A DNA stretch of 64,000 nucleotides from an uncultured delta proteobacterium (GCA_963765675.1 CAVXXK010000006.1:32001-96000), one strand, 5' to 3'; shown: positions 41,930 through 52,347, counted from the first letter of the stretch. Translations and numbers: made by a program. The notes: generated by a model from the sequence alone, not told the origin.

Positions 41930-42568
41930 GTGGCCAGAAATTCCCAAAATTCCAAAGACCGTAAACCTCGTATCGATGCGATTCTGCTTGCGGCCGGCGA
42001 GTCGCGCCGCATGGGATTTCCCAAACCTCTCCTCAGCTTAGGGCCTGGAGCCGAAACGTTCATCGCGCGCACGCTGCGGCTGATTCTGCCCGCGGTCGAG
42101 CGCATCGTGATCGTCCTCGGTGCTCACGCCGAAAGGATCCGCGCCACGATTCCCGGCGATGCACGAATCACGATCGTCGAGAATCCCAACTACATCGACG
42201 GGCAGCTCTCGTCTCTCAAGATTGGTCTGGGCGCGCTCGCGCCCGAGACGTCAGCCGCGATGGTACATCTCGCGGACCATCCTCTGGTCACCGGTACGAC
42301 CTATCTTGCCGTCGCCGAGACCTATCGCCGCACGCGCGGACCGATCGTGATTGCGCGCCACGCCGGACGCCGCGGTCATCCCGCGATTTTCGATCGTTCG
42401 ATCTTCCCCGAACTGCTCGCAGCTCCGCTCTCAGAGGGCGCGCGCGTCGTAGTAAACGCGACGCTCAGCCGGATCGTCTATACCGACGTGGATGACCCGG
42501 GCGTTGCCCTCGATCTCGATACTCCAGAGGACCTCGCCCGGGCTGGGCTCCCGCCTCCGCCGAAATAG
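41930..42568 (+). CDS. MocA/MobA-like nucleotidyltransferase
   Basis: LAAGESRRMGFPK, GQLSSL, LADHP, RGHP, DLDTPED. Confidence 0.88.
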   Translation: MARNSQNSKDRKPRIDAILLAAGESRRMGFPKPLLSLGPGAETFIARTLRLILPAVERIVIVLGAHAERIRATIPGDARITIVENPNYIDGQLSSLKIGLGALAPETSAAMVHLADHPLVTGTTYLAVAETYRRTRGPIVIARHAGRRGHPAIFDRSIFPELLAAPLSEGARVVVNATLSRIVYTDVDDPGVALDLDTPEDLARAGLPPPPK

Positions 42569-42682
42569 ATCCCGCGTGCCGGGCTCTTGCGGCTGATGCG
42601 CGAGCGGATGATGCGGCGCGAGGTATGAGTAACCTAAACGCTCTGTAACCGCTTTGCGGTGCTGTCGTATTAGAGGACAGCT

Positions 42683-43321
42683 ATGCTGGGCCTCGCCGCG
42701 AGCAGGAAGTTCGGGTGGAGATTGGTCTCCAAGCCTGACGAAGAATTGATTGCCGACGCGCTCGGCGGCGAGGCGTCGGCATTCTCCGAGCTGGCGACGC
42801 GGCATCGCCCACGCGTCGAGCGGTTGTGCCAGCGGTTTTTCTCCGATCCCGAGATCGCCCGCGACCTCACCCAGGAATGTTTCATCCGCGCCTACACTGC
42901 TCTTGCGAGCTATCGCAAGGAGATGCCGTTTGGCGGATGGCTGCGCGCGATCGTGACCAACCTGTGCTATGACGAATTGCGGCGCAGGCGGCGCCGTCCC
43001 GAAGAGTTGGTCGGCGACTTCACCGCGATGGAGGTGCAGTGGATGCATCTGGTGAACGAGGCCACGCCCGAGCAGATTGTCTCTGAGGCCGAGGAGCGTC
43101 GCCATGCGCACGACTTGGCGCATCGCCTGCTCGATACGCTCAGGCCCGAGGATCGCACCGTCCTCATCATGAAGGACAGCGAGGGGATGAACGTCAGCGA
43201 GATTGCGCAGACGATGGGCTGGAGCGCGGCGAAGGTGAAGATTCGAGCTTTCCGCGCCCGTCAGGCGTTGCGCCGCGAGTCGGAGCGGCTGCAATCGGCC
43301 TCGCGCAGGTGGAGTTCATGA
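42683..43321 (+). CDS. ECF RNA polymerase sigma factor
   Basis: DLTQECFIRAY, WLRAIVTNLCYD, EIAQTMG...VKIRAFRAR; start uncertain. Confidence 0.9.
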   Translation: MLGLAASRKFGWRLVSKPDEELIADALGGEASAFSELATRHRPRVERLCQRFFSDPEIARDLTQECFIRAYTALASYRKEMPFGGWLRAIVTNLCYDELRRRRRRPEELVGDFTAMEVQWMHLVNEATPEQIVSEAEERRHAHDLAHRLLDTLRPEDRTVLIMKDSEGMNVSEIAQTMGWSAAKVKIRAFRARQALRRESERLQSASRRWSS

Positions 43322-43758
43322 ACTGTTTCGAAGCCCGGCAGGATTTTCCCGCCTACTGGCGGCGCGAGCTGCTCGAGTATCGGCGCGCCGAGATCAACGC
43401 GCATCTTGGCGAGTGCGCGAAATGCGACGCCGCGTTCCGCACCTTTGCGATGACTGCGCCGGTCCTGCATTCGGTGCAAGCTCCGGACAGCAGCACTGCA
43501 CAGCCGCGCGAGTTCACTCTCAGGTCGGTGACGCGCGCGGCAGCGCCGAGTCCGCGCGCGAACTACCGCGAGCCGCGTAGGTGGCTTGCGATGTGCGCGT
43601 CGGTGATTATTTTCATCGCCGCCTCGACCGGCGCATACCTCGCAGTGACTCCTCCCGCAGGTTCTCTCAGCGAAGCGCTGACGAGTCCGCAGGAACCGTC
43701 GATGCAGGAATTGTTCGGATCCGACACGCCTGACTTGAGCAACGACCTCGCCGGGTAA
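43318..43758 (+). CDS. zf-HC2 transmembrane anti-sigma factor
   Basis: HLGECAKC (HxxxCxxC), one TM helix, ATGA overlap with the sigma gene. Confidence 0.85.
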   Translation: MNCFEARQDFPAYWRRELLEYRRAEINAHLGECAKCDAAFRTFAMTAPVLHSVQAPDSSTAQPREFTLRSVTRAAAPSPRANYREPRRWLAMCASVIIFIAASTGAYLAVTPPAGSLSEALTSPQEPSMQELFGSDTPDLSNDLAG

Positions 43759-43763
43759 ATTCC

Positions 43764-44186
43764 TTGCCGGGCAAATTCAACTCATGGCCGATTGTACTCG
43801 CGATAGCGGCGAGCTTGCTCATCGGATTCACAATCAGCACGCTTGCCTATCGCTACCACTACCTGCGCGTGCCGGGGCAGGGAGCAGTGGCGCGGATGAA
43901 TCGCGATCTGCATCTGACGCCGGGCCAGCGCGAGCAGATTCTCGGGATCATGCAAGACACGCGGCTGCGCGTGAAGCAGGTGCGGAACCATTTCCAGCGC
44001 GCGCGGCGCACCCTGCTGATGCAGGCCTACGCACAGATTCGCGCGACGCTGACACCCGAGCAACAGCAGCAATTCGATCGCGAGTTCGCGATGCCCTCGA
44101 TGCGCGGCAGCGGCGGCGCCGCTCCAGAGGCCTTCGCCTCGCCTGCCGATCAACCCAGCGCCGCGGCCTCATCCGCCGAGCCCTAG
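43764..44186 (+). CDS. Spy/CpxP-like periplasmic protein
   Basis: N-terminal TM helix, two LTPxQ motifs. Confidence 0.7.
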   Translation: MPGKFNSWPIVLAIAASLLIGFTISTLAYRYHYLRVPGQGAVARMNRDLHLTPGQREQILGIMQDTRLRVKQVRNHFQRARRTLLMQAYAQIRATLTPEQQQQFDREFAMPSMRGSGGAAPEAFASPADQPSAAASSAEP

Positions 44187-44250
44187 CCAGCCGGCGATTT
44201 CCCTCTGCCCCGCCTGCGCGATATGTATCGAGCACTCGAAGGGCAGTGCG

Positions 44251-45477
44251 ATGGCGAGCGTTTATCAACCGATTCAATCTGAACCCGGGCCGCGTCCGAC
44301 ACACAATCTTGCGCTCGGGTATCTGCGCGGATTTCTCGTGGTGCTGGTTCTCGCGCATCACTCGGTGCTCGCGTATATCGACTCGCCGCCTCCTCTGCCG
44401 AAGTCGTTGCTCGATCCGGTGAAGTGGTGGCGCGCATTCCCGATCATCGATCCGCATGCGCATTGGGCCGGCTTCAGCCTGTTCACCGGTTTCAACGACG
44501 ACTTCTTCATGTCGCTGATGTTCTTTATTTCCGGACTCTTCGTATGGTCCAGTCTGCGGCGCAAGGGCGCGGGAAAATTCAGCCGCGATCGGCTGATTCG
44601 TCTCGGTCTTCCGTTCCTGGTCGGCGCCGCGATCGTCGCCCCCATCGCCTATTACCCCTCGTACTTGCAGGCAGGCGGCCACGGTATCCGCGGTTACGCT
44701 CATGTGTGGATGTCATTTGGCGATTGGCCGACAGGGCCGGCGTGGTTCATCTGGCTGCTGCTCGCGTTCGATCTCGTCGCGGCCGCGATATTCGCGGTGA
44801 TGCCGGACTTTGGCGCCATCGTGGGCCGACTGACATCGGGCGCTCAGACGCGCCCGTTTCGGTTTTTTATTCTATTCGCGGCAATTTCTGCCGCGGTCTT
44901 TATTCCGATGGTCCGGATTTACGGACCGGCCTACTGGACCAGCATCGGACCATTTCAGTTCCAGACCGCGCGTCTGTTTCATTACGCGGTTTATCTGATC
45001 GCTGGAATCGGCGTGGGAGTGTACGGAATCGATCGCGGACTGCTTGCGAGCGACGGAAACCTCGCGCGCCACTGGGGCCGCTGGGTCACCTTCGGACTGA
45101 TCGCATTTTTCGCGAGCATCGTTTTCGTCGTCACCATAATGACCCGGCTGTATCACTCGGGAATGCCTCTAGCCGTTCTGGCCGTGATTGGTGGCGCGGT
45201 CTTCGCGGTGACGTGCGCGGCGCTCTCGTTCGCTTTCCTCGCACTATTCATCCGCTTTGCCACTCGCCAACGATGGATTTGGGACAGCCTGAGCGACAAC
45301 GAATACGGGATGTACATTATCCACTACATGTTCGTCTCGTGGCTGCAGTTGGCGATGCTGCAAATCGCGCTGCCGGCAATCGGCAAAGGCGTACTGGTCT
45401 TCATCGGCGTGCTGCTTCTGAGCTGGGGCACGAGCGCCGCGATCCGCAGCATTCCCGGAGTTTCCCGCGTCGTTTAG
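44251..45477 (+). CDS. Acyltransferase-3 family membrane protein (MdoC-like)
   Basis: LRGF..VLAHH, FFMSLMFFISG, RLIRLGLP, WFIWLL, YGMYIIH. Confidence 0.85.
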   Translation: MASVYQPIQSEPGPRPTHNLALGYLRGFLVVLVLAHHSVLAYIDSPPPLPKSLLDPVKWWRAFPIIDPHAHWAGFSLFTGFNDDFFMSLMFFISGLFVWSSLRRKGAGKFSRDRLIRLGLPFLVGAAIVAPIAYYPSYLQAGGHGIRGYAHVWMSFGDWPTGPAWFIWLLLAFDLVAAAIFAVMPDFGAIVGRLTSGAQTRPFRFFILFAAISAAVFIPMVRIYGPAYWTSIGPFQFQTARLFHYAVYLIAGIGVGVYGIDRGLLASDGNLARHWGRWVTFGLIAFFASIVFVVTIMTRLYHSGMPLAVLAVIGGAVFAVTCAALSFAFLALFIRFATRQRWIWDSLSDNEYGMYIIHYMFVSWLQLAMLQIALPAIGKGVLVFIGVLLLSWGTSAAIRSIPGVSRVV

Positions 45478-45507
45478 ATCAAGCGGCCGCCGGGACGGCG
45501 GCCGCGT

Positions 45508-45678
45508 CTGATCTCTCGCCCTGAAAGGGAGAGGTAAGGTGAGGGTCCGAATTCAGTGCGCTGCGAAGCAGCGCGCGATTATAAGCAATCTGCTGAACAG
45601 AATTTAAAGGCGCGGCACAACGATGCCGCGCAACTCGGTCCCTCACCTAACCTCTCCCTTTCAGGGCGAGGGATCAGA
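45508..45678. repeat. REPIN/MITE-like element with inverted CCTCTCCC arms
   Basis: Arms and interior homologous to the inverted element at 48807-48981. Confidence 0.8.
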
Positions 45679-45717
45679 GGGCGGGCATTGGCGTCAGTAG
45701 GACCGGCGTCCCGCCGG

Positions 45718-46170
45718 TCATTCCGAACACGGCGAGGAATTCTCCTCGCGCGCGATCACGCGCTTTGCGCCGAGGTAAACCCGGTATCGCTCATGCTCGG
45801 CGAACTCTTTGAGCGTCCAAACGATCGGCGTTCCGACCTGCTTGCTCAGATGAATCGCGCGGCCGTGTCCGAGATACACCGCGACGTGCGCGCCCCACGC
45901 GCGACGCGTCCGGTTGAACAGCATCAAGTCGAGCGGACGAAGTCTTACGACGCGGCGCGTATAGCGCGTGTCACTCCACAAATCGCTCGAGCGTAGATCA
46001 GGCACCGGGCGTCCGAAATGCCGCAACAGCTCATATGCAAAGTGCTGGCAATTGGCGCCCTGCGCCAGTCCGCGCAAATTGGGTGCGCCCGGATAGCATG
46101 CGCCATTGTAATGGACGCGCAGGAACTTCCGCGGAATCGCGATTCCCACCGAGCGCGTACCTGTTTCCAT
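45718..46170 (-). CDS. NlpC/P60-like cysteine hydrolase
   Basis: GANCQHF, DLMLF, HVAVYLG..AIH. Confidence 0.7.
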   Translation of the reverse strand: METGTRSVGIAIPRKFLRVHYNGACYPGAPNLRGLAQGANCQHFAYELLRHFGRPVPDLRSSDLWSDTRYTRRVVRLRPLDLMLFNRTRRAWGAHVAVYLGHGRAIHLSKQVGTPIVWTLKEFAEHERYRVYLGAKRVIAREENSSPCSE

Positions 46171-46183
46171 CTCCGAAAAGGCT

Positions 46184-47020
46184 CTACGGCATCTTCGCGA
46201 TGAACTCGCCGAGGATCGTCGCGACGGCGGCGGGATTTTCGAGGATCACGTGATGATGCGCTGCCGGAATCTCGACCATCCGCACCTGCGGATTCGAGTC
46301 ACGCGCCGCTGCCGCCGCTTCGGCCGTCATGATACGGCTCAGCTCTGCGCGAATCAGCAGAGTCGGAATCGTGATCGCCTTGAGAGTTTCAAGCGCGTCG
46401 ATTCCGTCGCTGCCGAAAAAACTTTCGCGATCGAACTTGAGCGTCCAGCGTCCCTCGTCGGTGCGCGCCAGGCTCTTATGCGCGATCTCGCGCAGGACCT
46501 CCGGCGAAATACCGCCCTCGTCGGGCATCAGGCGGAAGCGCGCCTGCGCGGTCTCGAGATCCTGATAGGTCACGAGCGGCAGCGCCTTCAGGCGCCGCAG
46601 ATAACGATCGCGTCCCTTGCTCGAGGTGAGTGCCGCATCGATCGCGACGACCGCGCGTGCGAGTTCGCCATGAATGCGCGCGAAGGCGAGCGCGCTCAGT
46701 CCACCCATACTGTGCCCGACAACGATCGGCTTGTCTTGCGGGCGGGCAACGTGCGCGGTGAACGCGGCGATATCGCGCGCGTTATCCAGCGGCGAGTATG
46801 ACGCGGGCCGCACCCATTCGCTGTCGCCGTGGCCGCGTTGATCGAGCGCAAGAAGGCGCAAGTCGGGCGGCATCAGGCGCGCGACCGGCTCCCACCACCA
46901 CGCGTTGGCGGAATTTCCATGCAGGAGGATCACGGTGACGCGCCCCGCGGGATTCCATTCGAGGTAATGCAGCCGGGGCTTGGCGTCGAAGATATGGCTG
47001 TGCGGCTCGTTCATGCTCAT
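46184..47020 (-). CDS. Alpha/beta hydrolase B
   Basis: LHGNSANAWWW, DQRGHGDS, GHSMGG, AHHH. Confidence 0.8.
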   Translation of the reverse strand: MSMNEPHSHIFDAKPRLHYLEWNPAGRVTVILLHGNSANAWWWEPVARLMPPDLRLLALDQRGHGDSEWVRPASYSPLDNARDIAAFTAHVARPQDKPIVVGHSMGGLSALAFARIHGELARAVVAIDAALTSSKGRDRYLRRLKALPLVTYQDLETAQARFRLMPDEGGISPEVLREIAHKSLARTDEGRWTLKFDRESFFGSDGIDALETLKAITIPTLLIRAELSRIMTAEAAAAARDSNPQVRMVEIPAAHHHVILENPAAVATILGEFIAKMP

Positions 47021-47833
47021 TCGAGATTCGGCGACGAAACTCTTGAGCGCCGCGATGAGCGCATTCGGATTATCGAACATCACATGATGATAGGAATCAG
47101 GAATTTGCGCGAGCCGCCCGTGCGGCAATATCGCGACCATCTTCTCGGCCATCTCGATGCTCAAGACGGGGCTGTTGGTCACTTTGACGATCAGCGCGGG
47201 ACATCGGATTTGAGCCAGCGAATCCCACACCGCCAGCGGCTCGCGAATCAGCGTGCGGCGGTCGAGCTTGTGAGTCCAGTTGCCGTCGGGAAGCTGCTTG
47301 TAGGTATGCCGCGCGATGTGCTCGAGGATCTCCGGCCGCGCAACCGTCTCGCGCGGGAGCACTTTGAAGCTCTTGACCGCGGCTTCGAACGACTCGAATC
47401 GACGCGGCGGCTTGTCCGCGTAGGTGCGAAGAAAAGCGACCGCGCGCTCGGTGTAGTCGGGCGGCGTATCGATCGCGACCATCGCGCGCAGCTTGTCGCT
47501 GTTGCGCGCGGCGTAAACCAGCACGTTATGCGCGCCCATCGAATGTCCGATCAGGATCGGCGCGCCAAGTCCCCACGAATCGATCACCTGTTCGAGATCG
47601 GATCGGTAATGCTCCGAGCCGTACTCCCAATTCTCGGGCCACTCGCTGTGTCCGTGGCCGCGCTGGTCCAGCGCCAGGACATGGAAGTCGGCGATAAAGG
47701 CGGGCGCGACAAAATCCCACCAATGCGCATGCGCGGAGCCGCCGTGCAAAAACAGCATCGGCGGTTTGCCCTCGCCGCCATAGTCGAGGCAGTTGAGAAT
47801 CAGTCCGTTAGCCTTGAAGCGTCGCTCCTGCAT
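47017..47833 (-). CDS. Alpha/beta hydrolase A (reads in frame into hydrolase B, probably through a 1-nt insertion)
   Basis: LHGGSAHAHWW, DQRGHGHS, GHSMGA, SYHH; ATGA overlap at 47017-47020 is one base out of frame. Confidence 0.75.
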
Positions 47834-47954
47834 CGCATTCCCCGGAAAGATAGTATCGCACCCGCTCGTGCGGCGGGCACCGCATAATCAATGGCCGCGC
47901 GTACGCGGCTTTGCAACCCGCCCGGTTCATGGCACCATCGATAGCAGGCACCTG

Positions 47955-48539
47955 ATGCGTCCGTTCCCGACCATGCGATCAGTTTTCCGCTTCCGGCAAA
48001 TCATGACCCTTGCGATGTTGGCGCTCGCGCTGGCGTTGCCGTCGTTGGCGCGGGCGCAGGATTCGTCGTCCAACCAGGCCAAGGCGCGCTCTCTGGTCGA
48101 TGCCGCGATCAAGATGACCAACAGCGACGAAGCGGTGAAGCTGCTGTGGCAGGCGACCGATATCGATCCGACGCTCGAGGATTCGTATGTCTATCTCGGG
48201 CTCTATTACAACTCGCGTTCCGACTTCGCCAACGTGGTGAAGGTCTATCAGAAGCTGGTCAAGTACAATCCGAGCCAGACCAGCGCCTACCTGAATATCG
48301 GCGAGGCGTACATGTCGTTCTCGCCGCCGCGCACGGGCGACGCGCTGGTGTACTATCGCAAGGCGTACGAGGTCGATCCCAAGAACACGTTCGCGGCGCT
48401 TCGGATCGGCCAGATACTCGCGCAGAACGGAAACCACGACGACGCGGTAAAGTATCTGCGCCAGGCGCTGGCCGACACCGCCAATCCGAGCGTGTCGTCG
48501 CAGGCGGAGAAGACTCTGCACGACATGAACGCGCTGTAG
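47955..48539 (+). CDS. Secreted TPR protein
   Basis: Signal peptide ending ARA-Q, TPR units; start uncertain. Confidence 0.8.
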   Translation: MRPFPTMRSVFRFRQIMTLAMLALALALPSLARAQDSSSNQAKARSLVDAAIKMTNSDEAVKLLWQATDIDPTLEDSYVYLGLYYNSRSDFANVVKVYQKLVKYNPSQTSAYLNIGEAYMSFSPPRTGDALVYYRKAYEVDPKNTFAALRIGQILAQNGNHDDAVKYLRQALADTANPSVSSQAEKTLHDMNAL

Positions 48540-48547
48540 GCGATCAA

Positions 48548-48760
48548 TCGGCCACAAAGACACGAAGACACAAAGCGGGACTTTTGCGCAATCCCATGGA
48601 AGCATCAGGCGCAGTCATCAATCCAACCACCAAGACACAAAGACACAAAGACTTGATTCATTTCCGCGCGCCGCGCGCGGAAATGAATCTTAATCGTGTC
48701 TTAGTGTCTTCCTCTTCCTTGGTGTCTTTGTGTTTAGTCTTTCTTGCGGCGTCAGAGCGC
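48548..48760. repeat. ~170 bp palindromic element copy B plus adjacent CCACAAAGACACGAAGACACAAAG arm
   Basis: 48591-48760 is the reverse complement of 2349-2522 apart from one substitution and a 4-nt indel. Confidence 0.9.
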
Positions 48761-48806
48761 AGGATGCGGCGACCTCGACTTTTGCCTCCGATCCCTCGCC
48801 CGCAGT

Positions 48807-48981
48807 CTGGTTCCTCGCCCTGAAAGGGAGAGGTCAGGTGAGGGACCGATCTGCGCGCGGCGTTGTTTGCCGCGCGCCTTAGATTCTGCCCGGGCAGATT
48901 TTTGATAATCGCGCGTTGCTCGGCACCGCGCTGAATTCGGTACCTCACCTGACCTCTCCCTTACTGGGCGAGGAACCAGAT
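48807..48981. repeat. REPIN/MITE-like element, inverted homolog of 45508-45678
   Basis: TCTGGTTCCTCGCCC...GGGCGAGGAACCAGA terminal inverted arms. Confidence 0.8.
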
Positions 48982-49001
48982 CGCGTGTGCGATGGGAGTG
49001 C

Positions 49002-49442
49002 TTAGAGATCGCGAGTCATTGCGCGGTGCGGGATTCCGGCTTCTTCGAAGACTTCGCCTTTCGGATGGAAGCCCTGCTTGAGATAAAAGCCCTCGGCGGT
49101 TAGTTGCGCGTGCAGGATTGCGCGAGTGTATCCGCGATTGCGCGCGGTCTCGATCAGGAATTCGAGCACGGCGCGGCCGATTCCGGAGCCGCGAAGCTCG
49201 CGCAGCGCCGCCATCCTGCCGATCTTGATTTCGCCGGGGCCGTGCTCGACGTAGCGGCCGCATCCAACGGGCTGCCCGTCGCGAAGCGCCAGCGCATGGA
49301 AAGCGCGGGCATCGTCGGAGTCGAGCTCGATCTCTTCGGGCACCTGCTGCTCCTCGATAAACACCCGGCGGCGAATCGCGTACATCGCTTCGCGCAGCTC
49401 GCGCGACTCGGCCGCGACCACCAAGATTTGTCCGGTGCCCAT
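49002..49442 (-). CDS. GNAT acetyltransferase (YjcF/ElaA-like)
   Basis: IRRRVFIEEQ, KIGRMA, RGSGIG, LHAQ, FY..GF, EAGIPH. Confidence 0.9.
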   Translation of the reverse strand: MGTGQILVVAAESRELREAMYAIRRRVFIEEQQVPEEIELDSDDARAFHALALRDGQPVGCGRYVEHGPGEIKIGRMAALRELRGSGIGRAVLEFLIETARNRGYTRAILHAQLTAEGFYLKQGFHPKGEVFEEAGIPHRAMTRDL

Positions 49443-49509
49443 GCGACGCTCACTAGCGCGTGCAAGTGCGGCGCGTCAATCCGGATTCGCTGTTGCGGCA
49501 TTCTGTCGT

Positions 49510-49787
49510 GTCATTCCCGCGCGTGGCTGCCGCGCGAGGAATCCCGGATCTCGGTACATGGTCTTTACGCAACTCGTCGGTGAGTGCATGAACGCCTCGG
49601 GATTTCTCCCTCCGGTCGAAATGACGGATGTCGGCTTGGTGCACCAGTATCGTAGTCTCAGCCGAGCCCTCGACCGTCATTTCGAGCTATGGGCGAGAAA
49701 TCCCGAGCGGCCATGCTCCGAGTCTACATATCATGCGGCGGCCTCTCGTTAGGGATTCCTCGCGCGGCAGCCACGCGCGGGAATGAC
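49510..49787. repeat. Composite GTCATT/AATGAC REP-like mosaic, copy B
   Basis: Four alternating units; terminal units are near-perfect inverted repeats; interior matches 4341-4513 inverted. Confidence 0.8.
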
Positions 49788-49876
49788 ATCACACAACGTC
49801 GCAGATGCGGCTTCATCGTATCGAGTGGGTTGTGCTAGGTTCGGTCGCGGCGGGTCGATTTTCCCAGGAGCCGAGG

Positions 49877-50857
49877 ATGCCGAATCTTCCCGAGACAATT
49901 TATGCGCCGGAGCTCGACGGTGGGACGTGGATTCAGGGCGGTCCAGTGTCGATCAAAGCGCTGCGGGACAAGGCTGTCGTGCTGGTCGATTTCTGGGATT
50001 ACACCTGCGTCAACTGTATCCGTACGCTGCCCTATGTCGAAGGATGGAACCGGCGCTATGTGAAAGACGGCCTCGTGATCGTCGGCGTGCACGCGCCCGA
50101 ATTCAGTTTCGCGCGCGAGGGCTCGCACGTGAAAGCGGCGGTGACAGAGTTCGGACTCGACTATCCAATCGTGCTCGACAACGACTACGCGATCTGGCGC
50201 GCCTACTCGAATCGGTTCTGGCCGGCAAAATATCTGATCGATGCGAAAGGGCGGATTCGCTACTACCATTTCGGCGAAGGCGGTTACCAGGAATCCGAAG
50301 TGGCTATCCAGAACGCGCTGCGCGATCTGAATCCCGCTCTGAGCCTGCCGCCTCCGATGGAGCCGGTGCGCGATTCGGATCAGCCCGGCGCGGTATGCTA
50401 CCGCGTGACGCCCGAGATGTATCTGGGCCATGCGCGCGGCCAGTTCGGAAATCCCGCAGGAGTCGTGCGCGATCGCCCGCAGGACTACACCGATCCGGGG
50501 CGGCATGCGGAAGGGCTGTCGTACCTGGGCGGGCGATGGCGCGTCGAGCAGGAGTTGGCGCGCGCCGAGGCTCCAAACGCGACGATCGCGCTGCGCTATA
50601 CCTCCAAGGATGTGAACCTGGTGATGGCGCCGCCGGCCGGCGCAGTGGCGCAGGTCGAGATCGCGGCGGGAGCGGACCAGACGCTCGGCGACGACGTGAA
50701 GACCGCGAGCGGACGGCCGATCGTGACAGTCGATCGTCCGCGGATGTACAACCTGATCGCGAATGATTCCGTAGAGCCGGGTGCGCTCGAGCTTAAAGCG
50801 CTGCAAGCGGGAGTCGCCGCGTATGCATTCACATTCGTATCGTGCGTGGTGAACTGA
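49877..50857 (+). CDS. Thioredoxin-like protein resembling the soluble part of DipZ
   Basis: DFWDYTCVNC, GVHAPEF, NRFWPAKY, TPEMYLG, AYAFTF. Confidence 0.85.
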   Translation: MPNLPETIYAPELDGGTWIQGGPVSIKALRDKAVVLVDFWDYTCVNCIRTLPYVEGWNRRYVKDGLVIVGVHAPEFSFAREGSHVKAAVTEFGLDYPIVLDNDYAIWRAYSNRFWPAKYLIDAKGRIRYYHFGEGGYQESEVAIQNALRDLNPALSLPPPMEPVRDSDQPGAVCYRVTPEMYLGHARGQFGNPAGVVRDRPQDYTDPGRHAEGLSYLGGRWRVEQELARAEAPNATIALRYTSKDVNLVMAPPAGAVAQVEIAAGADQTLGDDVKTASGRPIVTVDRPRMYNLIANDSVEPGALELKALQAGVAAYAFTFVSCVVN

Positions 50858-51657
50858 TGAAACCGGCGGACGAAAAAAGCGCCACCGACGCGCAAATCGA
50901 ACGTGCGGCCGAGTTAATCCTCGATGCCGAGTATCCGATCGCGCTGACCGGCGCCGGGATGTCGGTGGAAAGCGGTATCCCGCCGTTTCGAGGGCCGGGC
51001 GGCTTGTGGACCAAATATGGCGAGCCGCCGATGAACGGGTTTCAGCGCTTTCTGGCCGATCCGAAAAAGGCCTGGGAAGAGCGGCTCAGCTCGCGCAATG
51101 ATGAACTCTACAAGCCGCTGTCCGAAGCGCAGCCGAACGCGGGCCATCGCGCGCTCGCGGAACTCGAGCATCTGGGCGTCCTGCGATTTGTGATCACGCA
51201 GAATATCGACGACCTCCATCGGCAGGCCGGGCAAAAGGCGATGGCGGAGATTCACGGCAACTGGAAGCTGGTGCGATGCCTTGAATGCGGGCTGCGCTTT
51301 CGCCGCGAGCAGATCGATCTTACCGAGCTGCCGCCCAAGTGCCCGGAGTGCGGCGGGCTGATGAAGAGCGACACGGTCTCGTTCGGCGAGCCGATTCCAG
51401 TTGATGCGCTGAAGCTATGCGCCGAGAACTCGGCGCGCGCTGACCTGGTGGTCGTGGCAGGGACCTCGGCGACGGTTTACCCTGCGGCGGGATTCGCGCT
51501 CGAGGTCGCGCAGCGCGGCGGTGCGATGGTCGAGGTGAATCTGTACGAGTCCGAGCTGACTCCTCTATGCGACATCAGCCTGCGCGGCACCTCGGCCGAC
51601 ATTCTGGCGCGCCTGGTGCGCGCAATCACCGTGCGCAGAAAGCATCGCGCGTCGTAA
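50857..51657 (+). CDS. cobB: Sir2-family NAD-dependent deacylase
   Basis: TGAGMSVESGIPPFRG, TQNIDDLH, EIHG, CxxC..CxxC, GTSATVYPAA. Confidence 0.88.
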   Translation: MKPADEKSATDAQIERAAELILDAEYPIALTGAGMSVESGIPPFRGPGGLWTKYGEPPMNGFQRFLADPKKAWEERLSSRNDELYKPLSEAQPNAGHRALAELEHLGVLRFVITQNIDDLHRQAGQKAMAEIHGNWKLVRCLECGLRFRREQIDLTELPPKCPECGGLMKSDTVSFGEPIPVDALKLCAENSARADLVVVAGTSATVYPAAGFALEVAQRGGAMVEVNLYESELTPLCDISLRGTSADILARLVRAITVRRKHRAS

Positions 51658-51680
51658 TGCCGGTGCTAGCGCCGAGGGCG

Positions 51681-51851
51681 AGATTCCTCGCCGCCATTGC
51701 TGCGCGGCGTGATCCGCCCCATGCCTTGTGGGTAGCTCGGTCTGGCTCGGAATGACAGCTTTTCCGTATGTTGTGTGTCATTCCGAGCGAGATAGACGAT
51801 GCCTGTCGTATCGTGCGCGTCGCATCGAATGGCACACATCGCGAGGAATCT
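51681..51851. repeat. Inverted GTCATTCCGAGC..GAGGAATCT REP pair
   Basis: AGATTCCTCGC..GCTCGGAATGAC facing GTCATTCCGAGC..GCGAGGAATCT. Confidence 0.7.
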
Positions 51852-51934
51852 CGCCAGCCGTGTGAGCAGCCCAGCGCAACGGGTTGCGCAAAGCTCTCCC
51901 GATCTCGGAGAGGGACGATCCAGAAACGAGATCG

Positions 51935-52138
51935 TTAGTACTGCTTGATCACGCAGGCGCGGCCGGCGTCATCGTAAACGTAGGTGTCGGCGGGATTCTC
52001 GTCCCGGGTCTTCTTGTGCGTGCCGTCGCAGAAGGGCTTGTTCTTGGAGAGTCCGCACGCGCAGATGTAGAGCGGAAGCTCGGTGCCCTCGGGAACTTCG
52101 TAGGGAGAATTCTTGTCGTGTCTGACCATTCGCGCCAT
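51935..52138 (-). CDS. CDGSH iron-sulfur domain protein
   Basis: CACGLSKNKPFCDGTH. Confidence 0.9.
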   Translation of the reverse strand: MARMVRHDKNSPYEVPEGTELPLYICACGLSKNKPFCDGTHKKTRDENPADTYVYDDAGRACVIKQY

Positions 52139-52347
52139 GGGATTGATCCTCGTGTTGTTTCGTTCGAGCCTGCCGCGCGCGCGTCGGGAGACGCACGCCG
52201 GTGATGCGCTCACTTAAGATCACGCGGACGCGATAGTCAATTGCGCTGCTCACGTTCTGAGTGCACCAGTAAGGCCGCGCTCTCAAGAAAGCGGCGAGGC
52301 GTGGGCCTGATTGCGGGCACGGGCAAAAATGAAATTGGAGATCAAGC

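Noticed and set aside
46184-47833. 549-aa double alpha/beta hydrolase
   Set aside because: An out-of-frame ATGA overlap at the junction suggests two coupled genes; not fully excluded without reads
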